Below are positions 51,651 to 61,485 of a stretch of DNA of 64,000 nt, piece by piece. This DNA is from Polyangiaceae bacterium (GTDB lineage: Bacteria; Myxococcota_A; Polyangia; Polyangiales; Polyangiaceae), in the NCBI GenBank assembly GCA_044376115.1, contig JBILLK010000024.1, positions 104,598 to 168,597 of the forward strand. Direction: 5' to 3'. Numbering within the stretch: position 1 is the stretch's first letter; every line of letters begins with the position of its first letter. Below the pieces are notes generated by a model that did not search any database, was not told where the DNA came from, and saw only the letters and a list, made by a program, of their open reading frames with translations. A program made the translations under genes and the position numbers.

Positions 51651-52928
51651 ATGCGTCCGTGGGTGGCAGCCGTCGTGTCTTTGGGGATCGTGGGGATCAC
51701 GCTCCCGTTTGTCCGCGACGAGATTCCGGGGCTGGACCTCAACCTAGCGAAGCTGGCCTTTGGCAAAGAGGAAGCACCGCAGGGAACCGTGCTGCGCGAG
51801 GTCACTCCCAGCCCGCTGCACCAGGTCGACCTTGGGCGCATCGACGTGCGTGGCGAGACAGCGACCGCGCCTGCATTTGGCGGACGCACGGCCGAGTTGA
51901 CGGTGGTGCCTGCGTATCAGCGAGCGGCCAATCGCGTGCTCCGCGAAGGGGCCGTTGCCGAAGGCGCGATCGTCATGACCGACATCAAGACTGGGAAGAT
52001 CCTAGTCTGGGCGAACTACTCCGAAGAGGCGCCGCTGCGCGATCTAGCGCGTGAGTCCTTCGCGCCGGCGGCCAGTATCTTCAAGATCGTCACTGGAGCG
52101 GGATTGGTTGAGAACGGCGTCAAACCGAACACGCGCGAGTGTTACCGCGGCGGCAAGAGCCGCATCGACGACGGCGATCTGATTCGCGACGAGCGTCGAG
52201 ACAAATGGTGCGCCACCGCGAGCGAGGCGATGGGCCGCTCGCTCAACGTCGTCTTCGCGCGGCTTGCCAACGACCACCTCGAGAAGGATGAGCTCGAGAG
52301 CGTTGCCAAGCGACTCGGTTGGGACCGCCAGATTCCCTTCGATGTACCGGTGGAAAACAGCCGCACCAGCTTCCCCGATGAACCCAACGAGTTCGCTAAG
52401 GCTGCCGCAGGCTTCTGGCACACGACGCTATCTCCGTTCCAGGGCGCCAACCTTGCGACCACCCTCGCGAACGGTGGGGAGATGAAACAACTGCGCATCG
52501 TTTCGCGTGTGTTCGACGAGCAAGGCGATATCTACCTGAGCCCGACCGAGCCGTTCGTGCTTGGGCGTGCGATCAATGAATCAACCGCGGATGCGGTACG
52601 CGTGATGATGGAGTCCACGGTCGAGGGCGGTACGAGCTTTCAGACCTTTCACGATCACAGGCACAAGCCCTACCTCCCGAACATTCGTGTGGCCGGCAAG
52701 ACTGGAACGCTCGAGGGGAAGGGCTACCTCTTCACGTGGTGGGTCGGCTTTGCGCCGGCGGACGCTCCGGAGGTCGCGCTCAGCGTGCTCGTCGCCAACC
52801 GCGGCGATTGGAAGGTCAAAGGCACTGGCGTCGCCTCGGATATGTTGCGCGTCTACTTCACCGACAAAGGTCGCAAAGGCGTCACCGATCCGACCGGTAC
52901 GCTCAGCAAGAAGCCCCGCAGCGAGTGA
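51651..52928 (+). CDS. penicillin-binding protein (transpeptidase domain)
   Basis: SxxK (SIFK), SxN (SLN), KTG (AGKTGT), WWVGFAP. Confidence 0.9.
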   Translation: MRPWVAAVVSLGIVGITLPFVRDEIPGLDLNLAKLAFGKEEAPQGTVLREVTPSPLHQVDLGRIDVRGETATAPAFGGRTAELTVVPAYQRAANRVLREGAVAEGAIVMTDIKTGKILVWANYSEEAPLRDLARESFAPAASIFKIVTGAGLVENGVKPNTRECYRGGKSRIDDGDLIRDERRDKWCATASEAMGRSLNVVFARLANDHLEKDELESVAKRLGWDRQIPFDVPVENSRTSFPDEPNEFAKAAAGFWHTTLSPFQGANLATTLANGGEMKQLRIVSRVFDEQGDIYLSPTEPFVLGRAINESTADAVRVMMESTVEGGTSFQTFHDHRHKPYLPNIRVAGKTGTLEGKGYLFTWWVGFAPADAPEVALSVLVANRGDWKVKGTGVASDMLRVYFTDKGRKGVTDPTGTLSKKPRSE

Positions 52929-52931
52929 GCG

Positions 52932-53525
52932 TCAGCGCGTGCGCGTGACGTCGCGAGCTTCGAAGCAGGTCCTGCAACGCGCCTCATAGCTCTCACTGCC
53001 GCCAACGAGCACGGTGCCACGATCTTCGATCAAGCGTTGGGAGCGCGAGGCCTCGCCCCCGCATACCGTGCAAACGGCGTGGACCTTCGTTACCTCCTCA
53101 GCGATCGCCATGAGCTCGGGCATCGGGTGGAACGGGCGCCCGAGGTAGTCTTGATCCAAGCCGGCGACGATCACGCGGATGCCCTGATCGGCGAGCCGCT
53201 GCACCACGTCGACGATCCCGCGGTCGAAGAACTGCGCCTCATCCACCGCCACGACCTGCGTCTCCTCGAGTACGCGCGCGGCTAGGCTCTCGCTGTTGGC
53301 CACGGCGACAGCCGAAAGCACCTTCGATGCGCCCTCCTCGGCCGCAGCGTGGCTTACGATCTTCTCGGCGTCGTAGCGGTCGTCGATGCGAGGTTTGAAG
53401 GCCTGCACACTCTGTTTGGCAAAGCGGGCTCGCTTGACGCGCCGAATCAACTCCTCGGTCTTGCCGCTGAACATCGACCCAGTAATGACTTCGACGGATC
53501 CCAAAGGGAGGCCCCGCGGTTTCAT
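52932..53525 (-). CDS. tdk: thymidine kinase
   Basis: [28 protein letters not shown]...YEARCRTC. Confidence 0.96.
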   Translation of the reverse strand: MKPRGLPLGSVEVITGSMFSGKTEELIRRVKRARFAKQSVQAFKPRIDDRYDAEKIVSHAAAEEGASKVLSAVAVANSESLAARVLEETQVVAVDEAQFFDRGIVDVVQRLADQGIRVIVAGLDQDYLGRPFHPMPELMAIAEEVTKVHAVCTVCGGEASRSQRLIEDRGTVLVGGSESYEARCRTCFEARDVTRTR

Positions 53526-53701
53526 ATCCGCTACACCATTCGCCTTGCGTTGCCGCGGCAAGCGGATTCAGCCGAGCGGCAGTTGGCGCATCGGAAGCCC
53601 TTAAGAACTACGGATTTGTACCGGGGCGGCACCAGCTCGAGCTCTCGCGAGAAAGATGAGAGATGAGAGACCGCGCCGTTCTGCTGTGCTAGGTTGGCAC
53701 T

Positions 53702-53959
53702 GTGCAGGTGGTTTTGCGCAAACTCGGACGGGGGTCGAGGGCCGTTGTTGGTCGTCTCGTCCGGCCACCACGCAAAGGTTCCGTCGTGGTGATTGAGTTC
53801 TCCGACGGCATGCACGAGTACGTGACCACGCCGGTCAAGCGCGTGCTTCGCTTGGCAGGCCGCGAGGTCTTCTACATCGAGACCGTCAATTCACGGTATC
53901 GCCTCGAGGTTCGCGGCAAGGAAGTCGCGCTCGAGGGCGCAGCTGGCGAAGGGCGCTGA
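53702..53959 (+). CDS. small hypothetical protein
   Basis: 85-aa ORF, GC3-rich codons, beta-rich; ends FYIETVNSRYRLEV. Confidence 0.7.
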   Translation: MQVVLRKLGRGSRAVVGRLVRPPRKGSVVVIEFSDGMHEYVTTPVKRVLRLAGREVFYIETVNSRYRLEVRGKEVALEGAAGEGR

Positions 53960-54104
53960 GCGCACCGCAGGCTCTCTGCAAGAGGGCTTTCCGCAGAGGG
54001 CGCTCGCATAAGGCAATGTTCTTGCCCTCGCAGCTCTCCCGTGGGAAGTCCTCCGGCCCTGCGAGGTCCAACCTCGCGGTTGAACCCCACCAAAGGAACT
54101 CGTG

Positions 54105-54227
54105 ATGGCTAACGGAGATCGCCGCAGATCAAACAAGATGCGCCGCCGCAAGGGGCAAGCGAAGAAGAAAGAGCGCATCAAGAGGCGTATCGCCGCCGCG
54201 CGAAAGCCCGCCGCGAAGAAGAAGTAG
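54105..54227 (+). CDS. 40-aa highly basic protein; not in the ORF track
   Basis: AAGGA SD, then MANGDRRRSNKMRRRKGQAKKKERIKRRIAAARKPAAKKK*, followed by a terminator-like hairpin. Confidence 0.75.
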   Translation: MANGDRRRSNKMRRRKGQAKKKERIKRRIAAARKPAAKKK

Positions 54228-54242
54228 GCCGCAAGGCAAAGC

Positions 54243-54270
54243 ACAACGCCCCGTTCGTACGGGGCGTTGT
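54243..54270. terminator. hairpin between convergent genes (probable terminator)
   Basis: Perfect 12-bp stem ACAACGCCCCGT/ACGGGGCGTTGT with a 4-nt loop; weak U tracts. Confidence 0.7.
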
Positions 54271-54297
54271 CGTTCCATCTCGTAGCGCTCGATGGGC

Positions 54298-54858
54298 TCA
54301 GAAGCCGCTGAACGAGTCGGCCCCGACACCAAGCTCGCCGTCCATCATCATCGAAGGAGCCACGGCAGCGCCGGGCAACGTCTCGTCCTTGCTCGAGGCC
54401 GCCTTATCGGGCGGGGATTTGCCGTCAAGGGTGGGATCGGGCTCGCGGATCAGGCCCTTGTGTCCGCCGGCGACGGTCTCTTCGTCGATCATCCAGCGGT
54501 TGTTCTCGAGCCGGACCCACTTCTGCTTGAGCGCGGTACCGCGCAGAATCGACTCGTCGATGCGTTGCCACTGCACGTTGACGACGACCACGGCCTTGTC
54601 GCTACCGAGCATGCGTGCGCCGCCGTACTCCATATCGAGGATGCGAATGCGACCGCCCCAATCGGAGTGCGCATCGGAGTAGGCCTCACGCGCCGTGGGG
54701 TTGACCGAGTCGAGCACGATGTCCATGCGCCCGAAGCGCGCGGCGGTCACCAGGTCGTTGGCGTTCTCCGAGAGCTTCTGCGCCTGCACTTGAGGCGGCA
54801 CGCAAGCGAGCGCTGTGAACGAAAAAGCGAAGGTGATGAGACCACGGATCGACGGCAT
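54298..54858 (-). CDS. putative lipoprotein
   Basis: FTALAC lipobox; NTF2-like alpha/beta pattern (inferred). Confidence 0.75.
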   Translation of the reverse strand: MPSIRGLITFAFSFTALACVPPQVQAQKLSENANDLVTAARFGRMDIVLDSVNPTAREAYSDAHSDWGGRIRILDMEYGGARMLGSDKAVVVVNVQWQRIDESILRGTALKQKWVRLENNRWMIDEETVAGGHKGLIREPDPTLDGKSPPDKAASSKDETLPGAAVAPSMMMDGELGVGADSFSGF

Positions 54859-54938
54859 CACAGGGCTCTAGCGAACAGAGCCGAGTTCGGCCAAGTTTCG
54901 GCCCGAATGCGCGTCGATGCTCGGTCAAACGAGCCGGA

Positions 54939-57026
54939 TCAGGGTTTGCCGAAGGGATTGCCGAGCGAGCCGAGCGCGGCGAGCAGACCTGCAGCGCCGC
55001 TGCGCGCTCGTTCGAGATCCACCGCTGGCGTGCTGGTCTCACGCCGTTCCAGGTAAAGATCCGTGGGGATCTCGGTGAGAAAGCGGCTGGGGATGCGAGC
55101 GGTGACACGGCCGCGGACGATGCGCTTTTCGGCGCGCAACATGAACAGCTTGTCTTTGGCGCGCGTGACCGACACGTAGAAGAGACGCCGCTCCTCATCG
55201 ACGCTCGAGGCGTGCTCGCCCATCGGTACGTCGGTGGCGCGCTCGGTTTGCGTGCGCGCGTGGGGCAAGAGGCCTTCTTCGATGCCGACGATGAAGACGT
55301 AGGGGAACTCGAGCCCTTTGGCTCCGTGCATCGTCGTCAACGTGCAAACGTCGCCCTTCTCCTCGTCGTCTCCGGCGTCACGCAGCGCCAAGAGGCGCAA
55401 GTACTGCTCGAAGTGATCGCGATCGCCGAAGCCGCGCTCATCGCGGCGTTCGAACAAACGCAGCATGCCCTCGACGTTGGTCCAACGCCGGGTAGCCGCG
55501 GCGGCCGACGTAGAGGCCGCTTGCAGATCCTCCTTGAGGTGAATGCGCTCACATAGATTTTTGGCCACCGTCGCCGAGGGCAGCCCCTTCGATAGATCGG
55601 TGCGGATGCCGTCGATCACCGCGGTGAACTCGCGTGCTCCGGCCACGGCTGCGGACTGAAAATCCGGGATCGCGTGGGCGCGCGTGAGCACCGTAAAAAG
55701 CGAGGTGCCGTTGGCGGTTGCGTGGGCACCGAGCTTGTCGAGAGCAACCTCACCGATGCCGCGCGCTGGGTAGTTGATCACGCGGCGCACGGCGATTTCG
55801 TCCATCGGGTCGAAGGCCACGCGCAGATACGCAAGCATGTCCTTCACCTCTTTGCGCTCGAAGAACTGGGTGCCACCGATCATCGAGTAGGGCACTTGGT
55901 ACTCTTTGAGCGCCGCCTCGATCTCAGGGCCCTGAAGATTGGAGCGATAAAGCACCGCGCAGTCTTTGGGCCGGGCTTTGCCCTGGCGAACGAGATCGTC
56001 GATGGTGCGGGCGACGAACCGTGCCTCGCTCTCACCATCTTCGAAGATCACAGCCTCGACCGGCTCGGCGGCGGCGCGCGTGGCGATGATGGTCTTGGCG
56101 TGACGGCGCCCGCTGCTACCGGCGAGCACAGCGCCGGCGACGTGCAAGACGTTGGCGTTGCTGCGGTAGTTCTCCTGCAGCTTGACCACCTTCGCGCCCT
56201 CGAAGTGGCGTTCGAAGTCGAGGATGTTGCGCACGTCGGCGCCGCGCCACGCGTAGATCGATTGATCGTCGTCGCCGACCACGCACACGTTCTTGTGCCC
56301 ACCGCCGAGCACGCGCACGAGCTCCAATTGAGCGTGGTTGGTGTCCTGATACTCGTCGACGATCAGGTAGCGGAAACGCGTGCGATGCTTCTCGAGGATG
56401 TCCTCACGAGAGCGCCACAAGTTGACCACCTCGCACACCAGGTCGTCGAAGTCGAAGGCCAGAAAGCCCTTCATCATCGACACGTATTGCGGATAAACGA
56501 TCGCGGTGATCGCGTCGTACTCGCTTGGTTCGAGACCGTCTTTGCCGATCGACGCCTCGTAGGCGTCGGGCGCGATGAAGGCATTTTTTGCAAGCGATAT
56601 GCGCCCGAGGATGGCGCCGACGTCGTAGCTGCGGCCGGTCTTCACGCCACGCAGCGCCTCGCGAACCACGCCGGAGCAATCCGCCTGATCGAAGATGGTG
56701 AACTTGCCACCGCGGTAACCAAGCGCCTTGGCGTTGTCCCGCAGGATCTGCAGGCCGAAGCTGTGGAAGGTGCCGATCGAGAGATCCTTCGACTGGCGTT
56801 CACCGACGATCTTGGCGACGCGCTCGAGCATCTCGTGCGCGGCCTTGTTGGTGAAGGTCATCGCCAGGACGTTGCGCGGCGAGATACCGCGCTCCATCAA
56901 GTACGCGATGCGCGTGGTAACCACCTTGGTTTTGCCGGAGCCAGCGCCCGCGAGCACCAGCAAGGGACCTTCGGTATGAAGCACCGCTTCGCGCTGAGAA
57001 GGATTGAGACCGTCGGTCAGTGCCAC
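54939..57026 (-). CDS. UvrD/Rep/PcrA family ATP-dependent DNA helicase
   Basis: AGAGSGKT, TFTNKAA, VDEYQD, VGDDDQSIY.WRGA, NYRS, MHGAKGLEF, EERRLFYV..TRA. Confidence 0.97.
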   Translation of the reverse strand: MALTDGLNPSQREAVLHTEGPLLVLAGAGSGKTKVVTTRIAYLMERGISPRNVLAMTFTNKAAHEMLERVAKIVGERQSKDLSIGTFHSFGLQILRDNAKALGYRGGKFTIFDQADCSGVVREALRGVKTGRSYDVGAILGRISLAKNAFIAPDAYEASIGKDGLEPSEYDAITAIVYPQYVSMMKGFLAFDFDDLVCEVVNLWRSREDILEKHRTRFRYLIVDEYQDTNHAQLELVRVLGGGHKNVCVVGDDDQSIYAWRGADVRNILDFERHFEGAKVVKLQENYRSNANVLHVAGAVLAGSSGRRHAKTIIATRAAAEPVEAVIFEDGESEARFVARTIDDLVRQGKARPKDCAVLYRSNLQGPEIEAALKEYQVPYSMIGGTQFFERKEVKDMLAYLRVAFDPMDEIAVRRVINYPARGIGEVALDKLGAHATANGTSLFTVLTRAHAIPDFQSAAVAGAREFTAVIDGIRTDLSKGLPSATVAKNLCERIHLKEDLQAASTSAAAATRRWTNVEGMLRLFERRDERGFGDRDHFEQYLRLLALRDAGDDEEKGDVCTLTTMHGAKGLEFPYVFIVGIEEGLLPHARTQTERATDVPMGEHASSVDEERRLFYVSVTRAKDKLFMLRAEKRIVRGRVTARIPSRFLTEIPTDLYLERRETSTPAVDLERARSGAAGLLAALGSLGNPFGKP

Positions 57027-57099
57027 GCTTTGGAAGTAGCGCTATTACCGACAAAGAACGAGCCTTGCATTCCGCCGAACGCAAAGGCAGAAGCACGGC

Positions 57100-58353
57100 G
57101 TGCAAGCCCGCGAGGCGCCGCTCGACGTGGAGGTCGCCATCGTCGGTGGTGGGCCAGCCGGGCTGGCCACAGCGCTGTTCGTGCGGGAGCTCGAGCCCGA
57201 GCTGGCCAAAGGCCTGATCGTGCTCGAGCGAGAGCAGTACCCGCGGGAGAAGATCTGCGCGGGCGCCGTAGGGGCCCGCGCGTTGCGGCTCTTGTCGTTG
57301 ATCGGGGCACGGCCAGAGGTCCCGCATGTGACCATCCGCGCGATCGAGGCGCGCACGCGCTACGGCAGCGTGCGCGCCGAACACGAGGATGCGGGCTGGG
57401 TGATCCGGCGGCGTGAGTTCGATGCGGCGCTGGCTGCGACGGTGCAAGCGCGCGGGATCGAGCTGCGCACGCGCGAGAAGCTCGTGGGCTTGCACACGCT
57501 GGCCGACGGACGTGTGGAGCTCGTGTGCGAGAGCGGTCTCCGCGTGAGGGCGCGCGCGGTCGTGGGAGCCGACGGAGTTGGCTCCTACGTACGGCGCGCG
57601 GCCGGCTTCACGCAGGGCGAGCTGCGGGCGCAGGCGATCGAGATCGATTGTAGGCCGCTCGCGGGCGAGCTGCGCGAAGGCACGGTGCTGTTCGATCTCA
57701 GCGATGCGAGCTTGCCCGGCTATGCGTGGAAGTTCCCGACGCCCCTCGGCGGAGAGACGATGGTTTCGCACGGGATTTACGCGGTAAAGAGCCAGGCCCT
57801 GCGAGGCACGAGCGGAGCTGGCCGAGCCGGCAAAGAGGCTGGGCCCGGCGTTGGCTGCACCCTAAAAGAAAGCCTCCTACAGCGCACGGCGGGCCATCAG
57901 GCGCTTGGCCCTTGGCGCAGGTATGCAGAGCGCGGCATCGCGCCGGGAGCCGTGCTCGGCAAAGGGCCGATCTTGCTCGTCGGAGAAGCCGCGGGGATCG
58001 ACCCGGTGCTCGGTGAAGGCATCGCGCAGGCGATTGAGTACGGGCTGTGGGCCGCGCGAATTTTATCGGCGGGGTCGCGACGAGGACGCTTCGATTTCGA
58101 CGGCGTAGGGCTTGGGCAGCTCGATGGTTCGCTGGGATTTGATTTGCGCGTGCGCTCGCGCGTGCTCGAGCTCGTTTACGGCGCTGGTAGGCCGCTGAGC
58201 GAGCGGCTGGTAGCACGAAGCCCAGCGCTTGCTCACGCCGGGCTCTCGTATTTTGCAGGTCGAAGCATTGCGCGAAGCGAGCTTGCGCGGGCCTCGTTCG
58301 ACCTCGCGCTGGCTGGCTTCGGCGCGCTCAGGGAGACGGCGCTTCGGAGGTGA
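57100..58353 (+). CDS. FAD-dependent oxidoreductase (geranylgeranyl reductase-like)
   Basis: GGGPAG, PREKICAG, RREFD, VGADG, GYAWKFP, VGEAAG..P..GEGI. Confidence 0.88.
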   Translation: MQAREAPLDVEVAIVGGGPAGLATALFVRELEPELAKGLIVLEREQYPREKICAGAVGARALRLLSLIGARPEVPHVTIRAIEARTRYGSVRAEHEDAGWVIRRREFDAALAATVQARGIELRTREKLVGLHTLADGRVELVCESGLRVRARAVVGADGVGSYVRRAAGFTQGELRAQAIEIDCRPLAGELREGTVLFDLSDASLPGYAWKFPTPLGGETMVSHGIYAVKSQALRGTSGAGRAGKEAGPGVGCTLKESLLQRTAGHQALGPWRRYAERGIAPGAVLGKGPILLVGEAAGIDPVLGEGIAQAIEYGLWAARILSAGSRRGRFDFDGVGLGQLDGSLGFDLRVRSRVLELVYGAGRPLSERLVARSPALAHAGLSYFAGRSIARSELARASFDLALAGFGALRETALRR

Positions 58354-58990
58354 TCTGAAGCATCAGATCGCTGAACTCACTCAGCTCGAACAGGGCGACA
58401 TCCCCTTCAACCTTGGTCGGTGCGATCACCTTCCACTCGATGGTATCGCGGCCTTTTTCATCCTTCTTGGCGACGCCGATGGCGAGGTTGGGCGAAGCAA
58501 CCTTGACGGTGGGAAGACGCAGCTCGAACTTCGGCCCGTTGCTCGTCACCGTCGAAAAGCTCTCCGCCGGGGGGATCTGAGCTTGCAGCCGGAACACCGA
58601 GCCGGCGCCGCCTTTGGCTTTCTTGAGGGCCTTCTTGTCGATCATGAAGGTGAGCAGCACGCCCTCGTCGAGCGCCCACTCAGGCACGCGGAACTTGGCG
58701 TTCTCCGAGCTGAGGGTGAAGTTGGCGATCGGGCTGGCACCGACGGTCTGGGTGACTTTGACCGGGTCCGAAAAGCCGAGCGCAGGACGACCGCTGGGCG
58801 GACGCGTCGTGGGCGCCGTTGGGGTCTCCACGACCGGCTCAGCGGTGGGTGCAGCTGTCGGCTCGGCCGTCGGAATGGGCGTCGGCTCAGCCGTGGCGGT
58901 GGCCGTCGGCTCGGCGGTCGGCTCTACGGCGGGGCCGGTCTTCGACCCGCAAGCCGCAAGGAACATCAGGATCGCGATGGATTTCCGCAT
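58328..58990 (-). CDS. lipoprotein with EPTA-repeat linker
   Basis: MRKSIAILMFLAACG lipobox; AEPTA repeats. Confidence 0.8.
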   Translation of the reverse strand: MRKSIAILMFLAACGSKTGPAVEPTAEPTATATAEPTPIPTAEPTAAPTAEPVVETPTAPTTRPPSGRPALGFSDPVKVTQTVGASPIANFTLSSENAKFRVPEWALDEGVLLTFMIDKKALKKAKGGAGSVFRLQAQIPPAESFSTVTSNGPKFELRLPTVKVASPNLAIGVAKKDEKGRDTIEWKVIAPTKVEGDVALFELSEFSDLMLQITSEAPSP

Positions 58991-59087
58991 TGTTGTAACT
59001 CCCAACGCGGTCTTAGTCCTCCGCATCGTGGAGTGCAATGCGCACCCTTCCTTGCATTCGTGGTTCGGTCGCGCCAAAAGAGCGCCG

Positions 59088-60995
59088 ATGAAGATCCGCC
59101 ACGTTGCCGTCTTGGCTTCCGCGATGCTCATGGCTTGCGGCGCTCCCCCTCCCCGCGTCGATAAGCCGACCACCAGCGCAAGCGCCGTGGTGACCGAGCC
59201 GCCCGCCGCTGCTGCCATCGATCTTTCGCCGGTCTCCGCGCCAGCCAATATCGTGGCGCAAGGTCGCATCCAGAGCTTGGAGAACTCGCTGGGTGTGGCC
59301 TCTTCACTGCTGGGCGCGCCCAAAGACGCGACGGAGCAAACAGCGCGCGGCCTGTTGGCGGAGTTCTTCAAGCGGCAGTTGCGCCTGGAGGTCGATCCGG
59401 CGGCGCTCGCCGATCAGATCGCGCTCAAAGGCTCGGTGGACTTGATGGCGACGTTGGTCGAGGGCGACCGGCCCGACGTGAACCTGGCCTTCACGATGCC
59501 GCTGACTTCGCTCGAGGGTGTGAAGCTCGCAGCGGGTGAACGGCTGCTGGAGGTGTCACCGGGTTTGTGGTCGCTGAGCAGTGATCGCGCGCGGGTGAAG
59601 TGCTTCGTGATGGCCTCGGCCGGGGAGATCCAACAGCGGCTGGTGTGCGGGCTGGATGAGGAGGACGTGACGTTGCTCGGACCGTATTTGGTGCGCACGG
59701 CTGCGGTTGCACCAGCGAGCGCAAAGGATCTCGAGCTGACGCTGGACGTTGGGATGGTCAACGCCAAGTACGGTGAGCTCGTGCGCAAGATGGGGCCTTC
59801 ACTCGCGGGCGTCACCTCGCGCAAGTTCCACCGCGGTGTGGATGCGTACGACCAAGCGATCGACGGGCTGTTCAAGTTCGGGGCGGCGGAGCTCGGTGGT
59901 GTGCTCGCCGACGTGAAGGACTTGCGCCTGACCGCCGCGCTCGATCCGGCCCAGGGCGTGAAGATCGAGCTTGGCGGCTCGCTCGCGGCAGCGCCCAGCT
60001 CGAGCTTGGTGAAGTCGCTGGTGACGGCGCCGAGCGGCATGCCGGCGCTGTTCGAGCGTGGGCCGAAGGACACCGCTAGCGGCGTGTTTTTCAACGTGGG
60101 GGATACGGCGATGGCCTCGCAGCTGTTCGCCGCGGGCCGCGGCCTGGTGCAAGGCCTGCTCGAGGCGCAGAAGGTCGGCAGCGATGCCGAGCGGAAGAAG
60201 ATGCTCGCCTTCTTCGATGCGCCGTTCGGCAGTGGGACCTCGTTCTCGATCTTCGGCGGCGCGTCGAAGCTCGCGCCGTCCAAGCCCGCCAAGAGCACGG
60301 CGGACAAGTGGCAAGCCGGGTTTGATGCGATCTTCGGGTTCTACCTGATCGGGGTGAACAGCAAGCCACAGGCCGTGGGCGAATGGCTCGAGAGCGGAGT
60401 TGCGGCGTTCAATCAACCGGGCATCCAAAAGGCCGTGCTGGCGACTGTCTCCAAAGACGAGCAGCTTGGCTTGAAGAAGGTGAAGGCGCCGAAAGAGTTG
60501 GGAGCAGGCGCATTCGCCTTCGAGCTGAACATCGGCAACAAGAAAGACAAGTCGACGGGCAAGTTGCACTTCTTGGTGGCGCCCGACGGTGAAAACAGCT
60601 GGATCGCGGCAGGCTTCGACCGAGGCGAGCTGATCGAGCGCATTTCGCGGGCGAAGCAGAACAAGGAGACCTTCGACAAGAAGTCGGTGAACGTGCTGGG
60701 TTCGCGGCCGGCCTCACTTGGCTCGTTCATTACGTTGCGAACCTTCCGCTCGACGTTGCTCGGAGCGGCGCTGATGTTGCCCCCCGACGAGAAGTCCCCG
60801 GAGACCTTCTTGTTGCGCGGCGCGGAGCGAGTCGATGCAACGTTGGAGAAGCTGCCGTCGAAGGGCCTCGCGCCGTCGACGATCACGCTCGGCGCCAAGG
60901 ATGGCAAGCTCGGCTTCAGCCTGGAGATGACGAAGGCGAGCCTCGAGGAGTTCCGCGCGCTGGCTGCGATGATGCTTACGCCGCGCAAAAAGTAG
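59088..60995 (+). CDS. large lipoprotein of unknown function
   Basis: MKIRHVAVLASAMLMACG lipobox; 635 aa; GC3-rich codons. Confidence 0.8.
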   Translation: MKIRHVAVLASAMLMACGAPPPRVDKPTTSASAVVTEPPAAAAIDLSPVSAPANIVAQGRIQSLENSLGVASSLLGAPKDATEQTARGLLAEFFKRQLRLEVDPAALADQIALKGSVDLMATLVEGDRPDVNLAFTMPLTSLEGVKLAAGERLLEVSPGLWSLSSDRARVKCFVMASAGEIQQRLVCGLDEEDVTLLGPYLVRTAAVAPASAKDLELTLDVGMVNAKYGELVRKMGPSLAGVTSRKFHRGVDAYDQAIDGLFKFGAAELGGVLADVKDLRLTAALDPAQGVKIELGGSLAAAPSSSLVKSLVTAPSGMPALFERGPKDTASGVFFNVGDTAMASQLFAAGRGLVQGLLEAQKVGSDAERKKMLAFFDAPFGSGTSFSIFGGASKLAPSKPAKSTADKWQAGFDAIFGFYLIGVNSKPQAVGEWLESGVAAFNQPGIQKAVLATVSKDEQLGLKKVKAPKELGAGAFAFELNIGNKKDKSTGKLHFLVAPDGENSWIAAGFDRGELIERISRAKQNKETFDKKSVNVLGSRPASLGSFITLRTFRSTLLGAALMLPPDEKSPETFLLRGAERVDATLEKLPSKGLAPSTITLGAKDGKLGFSLEMTKASLEEFRALAAMMLTPRKK

Positions 60996-60997
60996 GG

Positions 60998-61417
60998 GGC
61001 TACCACCCGGAGACGCAGATCCGCACCGGGCTCGTAATCGCAGGCAGCGTGACGCTGGGAGCATCGTGGTTGACGCTGGGGCTCTTGCCTGGGGCCATCG
61101 TGGTCTCGGCCTGCACCGACTTGGACTCGAGCGAGTGCACGGTGGCCGGCGGGGTGCTGATGATCCCGGTGCTCGGGCCGTTCCTCACCATGCCGGTGAT
61201 CGCCAGCTATTCCGACATCGATGGTGCGGCGATTGCGCTGCTTACCGTGGACGGTTTGATTCAGAGTTCTGGTCTCGCGATGTTGATCGCGGGGATCGTC
61301 GCGGAACAAGACGTGCTCGTCCGGGACACGAACATCGGTGGCGTCGACGTGAAGTTCCAGCCGTTGGTGGCTGCTGACGCCAATGGCACGCGAGTGGGGA
61401 TCAGCGGCAGCTTCTAG
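60998..61417 (+). pseudogene. N-terminally headless myxobacterial membrane protein (or frameshift extension of the upstream gene)
   Basis: Frame open upstream of GTG 61049, reading GYHPETQIRTGLVIAG with no start codon or SD; then IPVLGPF, DGLIQ..GLAMLIAG, VGISGSF. Confidence 0.5.
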
Positions 61418-61485
61418 GGCCCGCTGTCGTTCGCGTAGGCGCGCGCAGCGTTGAGTCGCGACTGAAGTCGGCTTAGGGCTTGGCC

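Noticed and set aside
55674..57416. Long antisense/alternative ORFs (e.g. 580 aa here; also 12017-13222, 25509-26702, 42205-43281)
   Set aside because: Shadows of real GC3-rich genes on the opposite strand, with no motifs of their own
58614..59371. Apparent long overlap between the two divergent lipoprotein ORFs
   Set aside because: Lipobox-bearing ATG starts at 58990 (-) and 59088 (+) remove the overlap
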